Below are positions 26,850-39,024 of a stretch of DNA of 64,000 bases, piece by piece (positions within the stretch are counted from its first letter, which is position 1; each line of letters begins with the position of its first letter). Location: the NCBI RefSeq assembly GCF_006345805.1, contig NC_042997.1, positions 114,266,001 through 114,330,000 of the forward strand. Direction: 5' to 3'. This DNA is from Octopus sinensis (lineage: Eukaryota). Under the pieces are notes generated by a model, which was given only the letters and a program-made list of their open reading frames with translations, made no database searches and was not told the origin of the DNA. The translations under genes were made by a program, and so were the position numbers.

Positions 26850-27212
26850 TCTTTTACCTGTCTTAGTCATTAGACTGCAGCCAAGCTGGAGCACTGCCTT
26901 GAAATTTTTAGTTGAATGAATCAAGTCTAGCGCTTATTTTTTTAAGCCTAGCACTTATTCTGCCAGTTTCTTTTGCTGAACTGTTAAGTCACAGAGATAT
27001 AAACACACCAACACCTGTTGGCAAGCAATGGTACTGAGGATAAACACACATACACACACACACACACACATTCACACATGAGAAGCTTCCTTCAGTTTAT
27101 GCCTATCAAATCCACTTAGTCAGCCCAGGGTTATAGTAGATGACACTTGCCTGTGACGCAGAGGCACCCAGAACCCTGTAGTTGAGAAGCAAGCTTTTTA
27201 CCACACAGCCAA
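26850..27212 (-). mobile_element. SINE family B copy, decayed
   Basis: gtcattagactgcagcc...tttaccacacagcc. Confidence 0.72.
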
Positions 27213-27697
27213 GTAAGATTTTCATGGAAATGCTTTTAAGCATTGTGTGTGTGTGTGTGTGTGCGTCCAGAAGGTAAAAATCATCATTGTCGTTTAATGT
27301 CTACTTTCCATGCTGGCATGGGTTGGACAATCAAAATACAAACTAAGAAACAGCCCTTGTTCACTTGATTTTGCTTCTATTCTGTTGCCCTTCTCCTCAC
27401 TGGCAGCTCACTCTTCTTCTACATTATTACATATCTTCATTTTATAAAAATAATAATAATGAACTGTTTTTCCCCACTGGTGGAGGCTGGTTGTATTAAC
27501 TAATGAAAAAAACCAAAACTGGTTCACAATGGCCCCATTTCTTAACATGGTACCATAAGTGTGTGAAGATATGGCATAGAGGGGTGAAGGGGTCATTCTT
27601 CCACTTTCTAGCCCAGAACTCTTCCTTTGCTTCTCAAATTCTCCAAGTAGCATCACCAATGACAATACTACAGCTGTATCCCAAGAACAAGGGGTTT

Positions 27698-27900
27698 GGT
27701 AATCTGGGACAGTCTGTCCTCTCTGTTTTGTAATCTGGGACAGTCTGTCCTCTCTATTTGGTAATCTAGGACAGTTTGTCTGTCTGTCCCCTCTATTTAG
27801 TAATCTGGGATAGTCTGTCTGTCCCCTCTGTTTGGTAGTCTGAGACAGTCTGTGTGTGTGTTCCTCCTCTGTTTGGTTATCTGGGACTGTCTGAGTCCCT
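27698..27900 (+). repeat. ~30-bp minisatellite
   Basis: About six diverged copies of gtaatctgggacagtctgtcctctct. Confidence 0.85.
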
Positions 27901-28746
27901 TCTCTTTCTCAATGTGCCTTCATAAGGGGTTTTTATCTCTGGGCCCCTTTGATTGTATTATAATTAAACAGTCCTGTAGCTTTATCAAGTGACAACTTTA
28001 GAATGCTTATGACCTGTTTTATAGGTATTTGTAACCATCCCAGAGAGAGAGAGGGTAGGAGGAGATACTGAGTTGATGAGTGAGGGCAGGAGTGAATAGA
28101 TAAAACACACATCAATGTATACATGCGTGTGTGTATGTGTGCGTGTGTGCATTTTAGATTTTTCCATAATGCACTCATGTAACACATTTACATACAAACA
28201 CACACACATGCATGCATACACATATGCATGTCCTATACATGTGCATACACCTAAATGCATACAGAACCATGTATCTACACACATCCAATCCTATGTGTGC
28301 ATCTACACAGTGCACACACACACACACACACTGTACCTCCTAGAAAACTAGTTGAAGTTAAATACAGTGAAATGATGAAACGTAAAAACAAAAAAATAAA
28401 TAAATAACTAAATCAAAATGACCCAACAAACAAAAAAACAATGTCCCTATCTGCATGTCGAGATAAGTTTTGTAATTATGTTATAGTTTGTTAATTGGTT
28501 ATCTAACTTAATTAATGTAATTATTTTGATAATTATATTATAATTGCTTATGTGACTGACTTAATACAATTATGTTAGTAACGATGTTATTGTTTTGTTG
28601 TTGGTTATTTAATGTTTTGTTTTGTTCTAAAAATGTTTTAAATGTTAGAATTACAATTTTAACTCATTTTGTTGTTGTTGTGTGTGTGTGCATGTTATAC
28701 ACATCTCATTATAAAGATATGTGTATATTATTCTTAAACAATGTTT

Positions 28747-28817
28747 TTGACTGTGACTTTGAAGTTTTGGCCAGGTAATGCATCACAGTCTGGCCAAAAC
28801 TTCGAAGTCACTGTCAA
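28747..28817. repeat. 71-nt hairpin (28-bp arms)
   Basis: ttgactgtgactttgaagttttggccag / ctggccaaaacttcgaagtcactgtcaa, 26 of 28 positions Watson-Crick. Confidence 0.9.
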
Positions 28818-28934
28818 TACTAACCTTGTTAAAAAAAATAATAAATGTGTGTTCTACAAAAGCAGAGAGTAACCCATCGGGTTAATGTGAAATTGTTTTT
28901 ATTAATACTGAACATAGAAACAAGCCCTAACTTT

Positions 28935-29350
28935 ATATATGTATGTGTATATATATGTATGTATGTGTGTGTGTATATATGTGTGTGTATGTATATGTAT
29001 GTATATATATATATATATATATGCATGTATATATGTGTGTATATATGTGTGTGTATATATATATATATATGTATATATATGTATGTATATATGTATATCT
29101 ATATATGTATATGTATATCTATATATATATGTATGTATATGTATATATGTATGTATATATGTATATTTATATATGTATGTACATGTATGTATATATATAT
29201 ATGTATGTACATGTATGTATATATATATATGTATGTATGTATGTACATATATGTATGTATATATATATGTATGTATGCATGTATATATATATATGTATGT
29301 ATGTATATGTATGGATGTATATATGTATGTATATATACATACATATATAC
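28935..29350 (+). repeat. Long (TATG/TA)n low-complexity tract
   Basis: Direct inspection. Other (TG)n(TA)n tracts lie at 8304-8472, 16716-16920, 17025-17093, 23915-24018 and 60835-60908. Confidence 0.95.
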
Positions 29351-29589
29351 AAGCAAATTACATGTGTGTATATATTTCAGTGTCTCTAACCAATTGCCAA
29401 TTATGGGCCCCCTAGGGAATAGTTTAATTAATGATGATGAGAGATAAAAAGAAATTCAGGAATAAACAGTCTGAAAATTTTTTTATTCTCGGCTTTGTTG
29501 ACATTATCAAGAAATCTGAAAATATGTTTCACACAAAACCAAAGCATTTGAACTTCTTCAAAACTCCATCTCTTCCAAATTATATTCTA

Positions 29590-29964
29590 CTAGCAGTATC
29601 GCCCGGCGTTGCTCAGGTTTGTAAGGGAAATAACTATAAAGCATTTTTAGAGAGTTATAGCCAAAAAATAGAAAAAAAATGATGGTAAATTTTTTTTGAG
29701 AGTTAAAAAAGGTGGAGTTGCGTCCCCTAGACGGTCTGTGGTTTGGATTTCTGATTCTCGACCCCATGTCGAATTTATCGATTTTTTTTCAGAACTGGGG
29801 GAACTTTTCAAAATTTTCGCTGCGTTAGTTTTGAATTATGACATTGGGCTATGTGTGTGTCAAGTTTCATCAGAATCGGTTGAAAGCCGTGGTCAGGGTG
29901 AGAGTACAACCTAACAGACACACAGAAACACACACAGACAAACTGCCGTTTATATAGAGAGAGA
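29590..29964 (-). mobile_element. Non-autonomous Helitron, near-identical to 8638-9021
   Basis: Same termini and almost identical internal sequence. Confidence 0.8.
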
Positions 29965-30264
29965 TGATTTTAATTCCCAACCATGGAATATTCTGTTTTA
30001 CAAGAATTCAGAGGCCCCTAAATATGGGCAATGGATGATGCTGTCCCTTCTTTGACTAAGCTACAAATATCCCTGACCCACTCCTAGGGGTCCTAGGGCA
30101 TCCAGCTTTAGAAACCATGCCAAAACTGACAATTGGAGCTCAGTGCAGTTGTCAGTCCTTGTCAAACTGTCCCAACCCATACTAAATGGACGTTAAATGA
30201 CGATGATCTGAGGAAACTACAGATACTCCATGTTGGCAATTGATGACTAAACAGTTCAAAATTA

Positions 30265-30827
30265 TTGGGTTGTCTGGAAAACTCATGCTGATTTTTAAAG
30301 GAAAGAAAATGGTCAAATACTTGCCAGTACATTCTTAATCAACCAAATATGAACTATTTTGTTGCACAATGCGTCTTCATCATTCCTTTAACTTGAAAAT
30401 ACCCTCTTCCCAGAATTGAGGTGGTTTCATGGCAAAGAATTCATCAAGGTCTCTTTTTATGTCATCCAAGGAATTGAAACTTTTACCATTAAGACTATTC
30501 TGCAGAGACCTGAATAAGTGGAAATCCGAAGGAGCAATATCTGGTGAATATGGAGGGTGAGGTAACGCATCCCAGCCAAGCTGCAGCAATTTTTGTCTGG
30601 TTCCTAAAGCATCACGTGCTGAAAATGAACTTTCTTATCTTCCATTTTAAAGGGTTACAGAATTAACACAGGTTATAGGAACATAAACCTTCTTCCATGA
30701 AAAGATAGCTTAAACTGTGCTCCAAATGGAGGTGTAGTCAAACCCTATTTTATGGACTCAACCATGTTCTAAAATAAGACGAAAGTTAAGCTACTATAAA
30801 TTGGCACAAACTTTCCAGACAACCCAA
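30265..30827 (-). mobile_element. Internally deleted mariner derivative
   Basis: TIRs ttgggttgtctggaaa / tttccagacaacccaa with TA flanks. Retains the C-terminal transposase segment LGWDALPHPPYSPDIAPSDFHLFRSLQNSL. Confidence 0.92.
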
Positions 30828-30973
30828 TATAAGAATAACTTGGGGTTCTCCCTGCGGTTGTCTCAGATATGACTGAGAAGATTTATGTCTATAATCTTCA
30901 AGATCTTTGTTACTCACTCGAAGAAATTCTAAGATAATAAGCTTCTGTATAATTGCAGACAACTCTACTTTAA

Positions 30974-31191
30974 CCCTTTGGCATTTAAACTGGCTGTATC
31001 CAGCCCAAATATCCTACCTGTTTATCTTCAAACTGGCCTGATCTGGCTTCACATACGTACCCTATGTTAGTGTAAAAATAAACACTCGCATCATCAAAAT
31101 CTTGATGCTATGAGATAATGCATTATTTGTTGAAAACAATGTGAATAAAAAAAAGCATTACATTTGACAGAATAATCTGAGTGCTGAAGGG
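30974..31191. mobile_element. piggyBac-like MITE (family P1)
   Basis: TTAA|ccctttggca...tgctgaaggg|TTAA. Confidence 0.8.
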
Positions 31192-31689
31192 TTAAAATCA
31201 CACACTGCTGTCTTAACCCCCCCCCTCCCCCCTCAGAAAATATTGAATAATGAAGATAAATAAATGATGGGGTGGCCACAGTTGAAAAATATATTTCATT
31301 ATATGCCTTTTTAATTAGGGCTGCCTTGAAACTAAACGACAGTCAGTAATTAAGTCAACACTTGATTGAAAAATTATGTTCTTCACTATGATTTTCTATT
31401 TATTAAACTATATTTAACCCTTTTCCATATTTCTGTTGAAGCACACCCAATTTGTTTCAATTAATTTCATCATAAAGACTATAATAAATTAACTTATTTA
31501 TTAAGCTGTTGTTTGGGACACAAATTAACATGAAATTTTGATGAAGGTTTTTAATTTGGATTACTTTAAAATAGGAGATCAGTAGAACTAGAGGTGGACC
31601 CAGGTAGGTTGAGTTGAAAGGGTTCATGTCGGTTTCTCATTTTGACCTTTCTTTTACATTTGTTGTTTTTTCTCTCTCATTTCAAACAG

Positions 31690-32232
31690 CGTCACACAAT
31701 CTCTGGTATTTCACCAAACAGCACAAAAATCCAAGATTCACCTCCTTCATATTCAGAAGCCATGCGGCTGCAACATTCTTCACCATTAGCTGGTTCCCAT
31801 GGAGCAACGTTACCAATGACGTGGCGTCACTCTTCACTCCAGCAGCTGCCTCCTACCCCACCAAGGGGCCCTCATAAACGTAGTTTATCAGCCTGTGGCA
31901 ATTTACTTGATATAGATCTACCCAATCTCTCTCTTAGCCCAAATCTCTCATTGCCGTCGTCCAATACAATTCCTAAAACATTTTATGGACATCCTAATAA
32001 ACCTATTTCGACTCCTTCTGGAAGAGTCTATCGCAATTGGAACCCACCTATGCTAGGGACTTTACCAGATGACTTTCTCCGCTTGAACTTACCGATTAGA
32101 CTCCAAAGAAACAGCACACCTCCACCCCCTCCACCACCACTTTCACACAAACATTCATCTCCTACAAGAAGTCTTGATGCTAATTTGAATTCAACTCCAC
32201 AAAGAAAAAGTTACCGACCATCAAAGACAATG
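31690..32232 (+). CDS. CUEDC1: CUE domain-containing protein 1 orthologue, internal coding exon (phase 0-0)
   Basis: Acceptor ttcaaacag|CGT and donor ATG|gtaagt. Encodes RHTISG...DSPPSYSEAM...GRVYRNWNPPMLGTLPDDFLRL, matching the conserved CUEDC1 motif YRNWNPPLLGNLPDDFLR as recalled from the vertebrate protein. Confidence 0.9.
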
Positions 32233-33214
32233 GTAAGTGGATTGGTTCTTTTGTAACATATTTGGAAACTAATTAAGATATGAGTGTTAATACTGGATTT
32301 AAGATTAGATGTTAACAGTAGATGTCACCACTGGATGTTTATAGTGGATGTTGGTTTCAGCCCACAAGCTTAGACCAAATATTTTTCCAGGCGATAACAA
32401 TTCTAGAATTTATATATTTTGTTTTTGTATTTGGTTTGCAAGATTATTGATTATTGAACTTGTGTGTTGAAATGGATTTTATTGTATCTTGGGTGGTCAT
32501 TGTGCCAATAACAAACACCTGCACAGGTTCTGTTTCACTTCTTTAACTTATATTTGTCAATGGGTTAATTACTTAACCAATTAACAAATTGATTGTTTAC
32601 ACCCCCTCAATACTACTTCTCCTCTAACAGTTGAGGGGATTTGTCTTACAAAACACTTGATGATTCTGTCAATGCAGGTTCTACATAAAAAGTACCAACA
32701 TTTTATACAGGTCTGCCAAAGTTAGCAAACAAAACCTATATCATATTAAATACTAAAAATAATTGCTCGTAACTCTGCTTCCCAGTCCATGACACCACTT
32801 TACTTGACATAAGAATTTTTTTTTGATAAGTAAATATCTCATGAATATTTAGTGTGCCACATAAAAAGTACTGATGCCATGTAAGAGGCACTGGTGTTGG
32901 TGCCTTGTAAAAAGCACCCAGTACTTTCTGTAAGGCGGTTGGCATTAGGGTAGGTGTCCAGTTGTAGAAAGCATGCCAAAGCAGACAACAGACCTTGGCA
33001 CAATCTTCTGGCTTGCCAGCTTTGGTCAAACCATGTCAGCATAGAAGGAAGATGCTAAATGATAATGAGAGTTAATTAGTTAAGCTTATCAATGTCCCTT
33101 CATTGTCATTCACACTTACATCAATGCTGTGTTTGCTTCAAACAGACCTGCAATAGAGTGAAACAGAACTTTTTATTCTTGGCATAATGGATCTTCCAAG
33201 ACACAGCAACATAT

Positions 33215-33428
33215 ATTCTTTTCTACTCGAGGCACAAGGCCTGAAATTTTCGGGGAAGGGGCCAGTCGATTAGATTGACCCCAGTACGCAACTGATACTT
33301 AATTTATCAAGCCTGAAAGGATGAAAGGCAAAGTCGACCTCGGCAGAATTTGAACTCAGAATGTAAAGACAGACAAAAAAACGCTTAGCATTTTGCCCGG
33401 TGTGCTGTTTCTGCCAGCTTGCCACCTT
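33215..33428 (-). mobile_element. SINE family A copy
   Basis: aaaggatgaaaggcaaagtcgacctcggcagaatttgaactcaga motif. Confidence 0.8.
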
Positions 33429-33808
33429 TACAGCAACATGTACCAGACTCTCAGATGTTGTCACATATCACTGGTCACAATGCGCTTTGCATTGCTTTAG
33501 CTTTTGAATGATGCCAGTCTGCTGGTTAGGTGAGCCATCCCACATTCCTCCTAATTGGAAGACTGATCTGACACAGGGTGAGACATTTACAGATGAATGG
33601 AGTGGAGCAAAGTGAAATGAAGTGTTTTGCTCGAGAACACAACATACCGCTCGGTCCAGGAATCAAAACCACAATCTAGTGATTTTGAGTACAACACCCT
33701 TAATCACTAGGCCATGTGCCTCCACATATTTATGTAATTATTGATGGTGATAAAACAACAAAAATTTCTACTTTCTGTTTACATTTTTCTTTCTTTCTTA
33801 ACTTTTAG

Positions 33809-34013
33809 ATTATTTCAACTCATGAATTTAGCAAAAGTATGTTGGAGCAGAAACTGAAGGAAAATGAACGGAGACGGCGTTCAACTAGTCAGGATATTGA
33901 CCCCGAGCTTACTCAGTACTTGGCCGATGAACACTTAGCTATTGTGATACAGAACAGTGAATTTCTTCAAGAGTTGCGAGGAAATGAAGATTTTATGAAA
34001 ACTCTTGAGAAAG
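33809..34013 (+). CDS. CUEDC1: CUEDC1 coding exon (phase 0-1)
   Basis: Acceptor cttttag|ATT and donor AAAG|gtattg. IISTHEFSKSMLEQK...QYLADEHLAIVIQNSEFLQELRGNEDFMKTLEK resembles CUEDC1 QYLEDERIALFLQNEEFMKELQRNRDF. Confidence 0.92.
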
Positions 34014-34109
34014 GTATTGTCAAAAATTGCTAAATATTTGCGACTCCTTCGAGTTCTTGTCTTGAGACACATGAAGTTTGCACAAGAAGGAGGTTGTAAG
34101 TTGCAGGAG

Positions 34110-34452
34110 TAACTTGGTGTTAGAAGTTTGAAAGCAGGTCCAACCACATAGTTTCCCGTTCAATCCCATTGAGTAGCACCTCTGGCAAGTGTGTTCTACT
34201 ATAGCCCTGGGCTGACTGATGCCTTCAAAGGGATTTTGAGAGACAGAAACTGTGTCAAAGCCCATTGTGTGTGTGTGTGTTCCCCCACTACTTGGCAACC
34301 ATTGTTGGTTTGTTTATGTCCCTCATAACTTAGCAGTTTGGCAAAAGAGATAGATAGAATAAGTGTAAAACTTTACAAAAAATAGGTAGTGAGGTTGATT
34401 TGTTCAACTAACCCTTCAAAGCATGCCCCAGCAAGGCCATAGAACAAGTAAA
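34110..34452 (+). mobile_element. SINE family B copy, decayed
   Basis: ggcaagtgtgttctactatagccc...cataacttagcagtttggcaaaagag. Confidence 0.72.
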
Positions 34453-35110
34453 AGTTAAGATACCATTTCTGGTAGTGTGCACTAGTGTAAGAATTTCTCT
34501 TTATTTTTGTTATGTTCTTCTTTGTCACCAACATCCAAGACACACCTGATGTAGTATTGAGTACCACTGGTGCTGCTGCCTTAGCGAGACAATTGCCAGA
34601 AGTTCTAGGAACCTCGGTTGATCAGGGTTAACCCTGTGTCTGTATACGCAAGCCTTGGCTGAGGTTGTTGAAGATTGGCTGTTCCCCATACGTGTAAGTC
34701 TCCCCTCTTCACACCACTAGCATTGTCCAAAAGAAAGGTTGCTGTTTCAGCACCATTACGGCTTGGTACCAGTGATATCACAGGTGTTGCTTTTGAAAGA
34801 CAAAGGCTGGAATGGTCACTGCCAGGTACCACGTTTGCTCTAATGTTTCTGACATTCCACTGGATTCTATTTTTTACTTTGGATCATCAAGTTTAAATAC
34901 AACATCCAAAGAGAAACATCATGGCTGATTTGCTACTATTTTGATAAAGATGTACCATTATTTAATTCTTCCTGAAGGTATACTGGGGGGATGGCTGTTG
35001 GTAGGACAGTATTGTTTATTTAGTTGCTTCAAACCAAGAAGGCCAGTGGCACTGATGTCATTTCTTCCATTACACTCCAGAACTTGCCCCTCTATTCATT
35101 GCGCTCTTCT

Positions 35111-35327
35111 TATTTCTTTACTATCCACAAGGGGCTAAACACAGCAGGGACAAACGGATTAAGTCGATTACATCGACCCCAGTATGTAACTGGTACTTAT
35201 TTAATTGACCCCAAAAGGATGAAAGGCAAAGTTGACCTTGGTGGAATTTGAACACAGAACGTAATGGCAGACAAAATACCGCTAAGCATTTCGCCCGGTG
35301 TGCTAATGTTTCTGCCAGCTCACCGCC
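35111..35327 (-). mobile_element. SINE family A copy with a 16-bp TSD
   Basis: Same family as 21601. TSD ttcattgcgctcttct at 35095-35110 and 35328-35343. Confidence 0.9.
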
Positions 35328-35785
35328 TTCATTGCGCTCTTCTGTCACATGTCTCATGTCTGAGGTTCAGGCAGAGCAAAAGTATTTGTAGAATATCTAA
35401 GATGTGTATTAGACTGGAACGAAGCCTTCAGAGGAGGGCTGCCTGTCAGGGGTTGAAGATAAACGTAAGATCTCCACTGAAGGGGACGGCTTGTTGTTGT
35501 AGCATTCTTTCTTGAATGGAAATGATTTTAATTTTCTTTGAATTTTGCACAAAATGATCTTTGTGAGTTTAGAGATGAGGTTCCTGCTAAAAAAAGTATC
35601 AACTTGGTTAGATTTAGTTGGATATTGTACAAATAATTGTATGATTATCTTTTACTTGCCTCAGTCATTAGACTGTGACCATGCTGGGGCACGGCCTTGA
35701 AGAATTTTTAGTCACTGGACGATGACAGGATAAGAGGGAGCTTGCACTCATGTCAGTTTGCAGTGACTACCTTTCTGGTCCCTTA

Positions 35786-35829
35786 GTGGCTGAAGAGGAG
35801 ATAACCTCTCCGAAATGCATGCATTCAAC
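35786..35829 (+). ncRNA. Minimal type-I hammerhead ribozyme-like motif
   Basis: gtgg-CTGAAGA-ggaga-taacc-tctcc-GAAA-tgcatgca-TT-caac: perfect 5-bp stem II, palindromic stem III and a weak stem I. Confidence 0.55.
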
Positions 35830-36085
35830 AGTCTGGTCAATGGGCGCTGAGAGAGACTTGGTTTGTTTACACCTATTTGTCAACAGCGAGAAGTTTTCTC
35901 CATGACAAAATGCAGTGAATGGCTATCTTATACATTCAAATATACCTCAAGCATATTTAAACTAGTAACCAGTTTGTATCAATATTTTTTATCCCCTTCT
36001 GGCCTTGTGCCAAAATTTGAAATCAATATTTTTTTTTATCCCTTTGCAAAGCAAATGATCTGTGATGTGTCCACTTTGATTATAG

Positions 36086-36157
36086 ATCGAATGAATGCAG
36101 CGGCTTTTGAACCATCTGCTCTATCTCAGCCGTCACCGACTGGACCAAAAGAAAGTG
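36086..36157 (+). CDS. CUEDC1: CUEDC1 coding exon (72 nt, phase 1-1)
   Basis: Acceptor ttatag|AT and donor AGTG|gtgagt. Continues the frame as (D)RMNAAAFEPSALSQPSPTGPKES, giving LEK-DR like vertebrate LERDR. Confidence 0.85.
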
Positions 36158-36218
36158 GTGAGTTCTCTCTATCTACATAGTGTGTGGCATTAAAATAACG
36201 ACCTCCAGACTTCTTTAT

Positions 36219-36623
36219 AATCACCTTGACCAACCAGTCTGTCAGGCGTCCATTTGACACCACTGGTCACAGCATGCTGTCCACTCCTCTCTGGATCGCG
36301 CCTTTCTCATCCACGTGATCCCAATCGTCCTCCTGAAATTGTAATTCCACTGTCGTGTAGGCCTTCCAAGTGGTCATTTCCGCTCGTGCAGGTACCACTT
36401 GACAACTGCATGGTCCACCGATTATCGGTGATCCGAGCGATGTGTCCAGCCCATCTAAACTTGCTGCGTGTATACTCTGCGATGACATCCCTCACACCGG
36501 ACTTCTCTCTGATGACCTCACTGCTGCTATGCTCTCAACGAGATTCCAAGCATTGACCTTTCCATGGTCCTTTGAGCCATTACCAGTCTCTGCTCTTCTC
36601 TCTTTGTTGTAGCAGTGAAACAT
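36219..36623 (-). mobile_element. 5'-truncated RTE-clade LINE with a 19-bp TSD
   Basis: Encodes AQRTMERSMLGISLR and KFRWAGHIARITDNRWT. Flanked by the direct repeat gacctccagacttctttat at 36200-36218 and 36624-36642. Confidence 0.9.
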
Positions 36624-37531
36624 GACCTCCAGACTTCTTTATGATATAAACCATTTATTGAGCCAATTTCTGCTGGTGTTCTTCGTGTTAGAAATAACAG
36701 CTGAGTCTTTTCCAAATTATGCTCTGTCTTTAAAAGGTGGGATGGTCATGACTAGAATATCTTTGTTTACTCATTTCTTGGATCAGGGCTGACCTGATTT
36801 AACAACAACAACAATAGCTGCTGTTAGAATTATTAACCCTTTTGATATGATTCCACCTGAGACTACCTTTGATTTTGTGATACAAACACTTCACATTTTG
36901 AGGTTAAAAACCTGCCATCGAAATTTCATGTTTAATAATGAGTTATTTTATTAAATTATTCATTATTTTTGAAATTAATTATGGTTACAAAAGGGTTAAT
37001 GAATGATATGAGAGAGAAGCAAAAAAAAAAAGAGAAATTTATATTTGTTTCTTTTCCTTTGCAAATGTTTTGTTTCTCCATCTTTATAGATTATCATCAT
37101 CACCAACTTTTCTGTTTTTGCATGAATCAAATGGAATTCATTAAAACAGATATGCACACACACACATTTAGTGCAGGCATTGTTGTGCATTTGAGAAACT
37201 TGCTTGCCAACCATGTGGTTTTGGATTCAGTGCCATAGTGTGGTACCTTGGGCAAGTGTCTCTTCTCACAGACTTAAAGCCAACTGCAGGTTTCTGAATG
37301 GATTTGGTAGATGGAAACCAGAAGAAGTTTGTCGTGTGTGTTTGTGTGTATCTTTGCCTTGACATCACATGACAGTTGTAAATGAACATCACCAGCCGGG
37401 GGGGGGGGTATTATAACGGTCAGTAGCAGGAAGAGTATCTGGCTGTGGAAAAGCTGCCTCAACAAATTCCATCTAACTCAGGAAAGCATGGAAAATGGAT
37501 GTTAAAATGATTATATATATATATATATATA

Positions 37532-37872
37532 TGGTGTAGGAGTGGCTGTGTGGTAAGTAGCTTGCTTACGAACCACATGGTTCTGGGTTCAGTCCCACTG
37601 TGTGGCACCTTGGGCAAGTGTCTCTCTACTATAACCTCGAGCCAACCAAAGCCTTGTGAGTGGATTTGGTAGACGGAAACTGAAAGAAGCCTGTCGTATA
37701 TATGTATGTGTGTATATGTTTGTGTGTCTGTGTTTATCCCCCCAACATTACTTGACAACTGATGCTGGTGTGTTTACTAGGCTTACAAAGAATAAGTCCT
37801 GGGGTCGATTTGCTCGACTAAAGGCAGTGCTCCAGCATGGCCACAGTCAAATGACTGAAACAAGTAAAAGAG
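37532..37872 (+). mobile_element. SINE family B copy
   Basis: Collinear with the 15553 element apart from an internal deletion. Confidence 0.85.
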
Positions 37873-37878
37873 TATATT

Positions 37879-38237
37879 CACAATTTAGGTTAGTTGAAAT
37901 ATGTTTGTCACATATTTCAACTGCTAAAGGCAAATGCACTGCAGTTATTGTGGAGAAAAAATTTCTCTTATGGTAAAAAAGTGTGAAAACACCCCGTTTG
38001 TTCATCTATCAGGAATCTGAGACGTCGATGTTTCGAGTTTGTTGACTCTTGACGATCAGATGTACCTGAGAGGGACAACTCTGAACGAATTGACAAAGCT
38101 TATAGCTTTATATATAATTCAGCCAACACATTGACTGAATTGTGCTAGTAGATCACTAGTAGATCCACGGTAACTGCAGTGTATTTGCCCTTAGCAGTTG
38201 AAATATGTGACAAACATTTCAACTAACCTAGATTGTG
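37879..38237. repeat. Inverted repeat, ~75-bp arms around a ~210-bp spacer
   Basis: cacaatttaggttagttgaaat...ctgcagttattgtgga pairs with tccacggtaactgcag...atttcaactaacctagattgtg. Confidence 0.9.
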
Positions 38238-38530
38238 CTCATAACCAAACACTGCTTAGCGCATTTACTCCGATTTATATCATCATCATCATCATCGTTT
38301 AAATGATGATGATGATGTGTCTGTATATTGAAGTCTGACGTATTGTAGATAGCTTTACATGACTGAAGAAAGACCTCGTTTATTCTGTAATCTTTGTACA
38401 TCTTTCAGTTTGACATGGTCTCAGAAATGCCTTTTCGTTATCTCATTAACTTGTAATAATTATCAAACATGGGATTAAAAAAGTTGTGATATTGGAATAT
38501 TTTATGAATTTATTTTATTAAATTCCTGTG

Positions 38531-38967
38531 TTAAAGATATTGTTCTATTTCAGGATGGTCATTTTTTTTCCTTCTTCCTGCCAAATAAATACTCTATATG
38601 TTCTTATTTTATCTTATGTCGATTGTTTGGAAATCTTTTGTCACACACCTGTGACCTCTTCAATGACTCTTCCATCCCATGTGTCCCCTCTGGTTCTGTT
38701 TAGTCCATTCTGTCTTTCTGTGGTGTGTATCCTTATGAGGCACAGGATAAGGATACGCACCACAGAATAGGCTGAACAGAACAGGAGGGGACACATGGGA
38801 TAGATGAGTTGCTGAGGAGGTCACAGGTGTGTGACAAAGATTTCTGGACAATGGACAGGAGATAAAAGAAGAACAATAATAAACAAGTGCAGAACAAATA
38901 TATAGTGCATGTGTTTATTTGACAAAAAAGTGGAAAAAGAACCGTCCTGAAATATAATAATATTTAA
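38531..38967. repeat. Long imperfect inverted repeat (foldback)
   Basis: tgtcacacacctgtgacctc...ctgtggtgtgtatccttat pairs with ataaggatacgcaccacag...gaggtcacaggtgtgtgaca. Confidence 0.9.
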
Positions 38968-39024
38968 AAAAATTACTATTTGTAACTCTCACAAGGAGAG
39001 ATATTCAGCAACAGTACTTTGGAG

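Noticed and set aside
28845-29447. 200-aa ORF and other Y/I/C/V/M- or H/T-rich ORFs (8220-8553, 16646-16989, 23738-24230)
   Set aside because: They are translations of (TA)n/(TG)n microsatellites.
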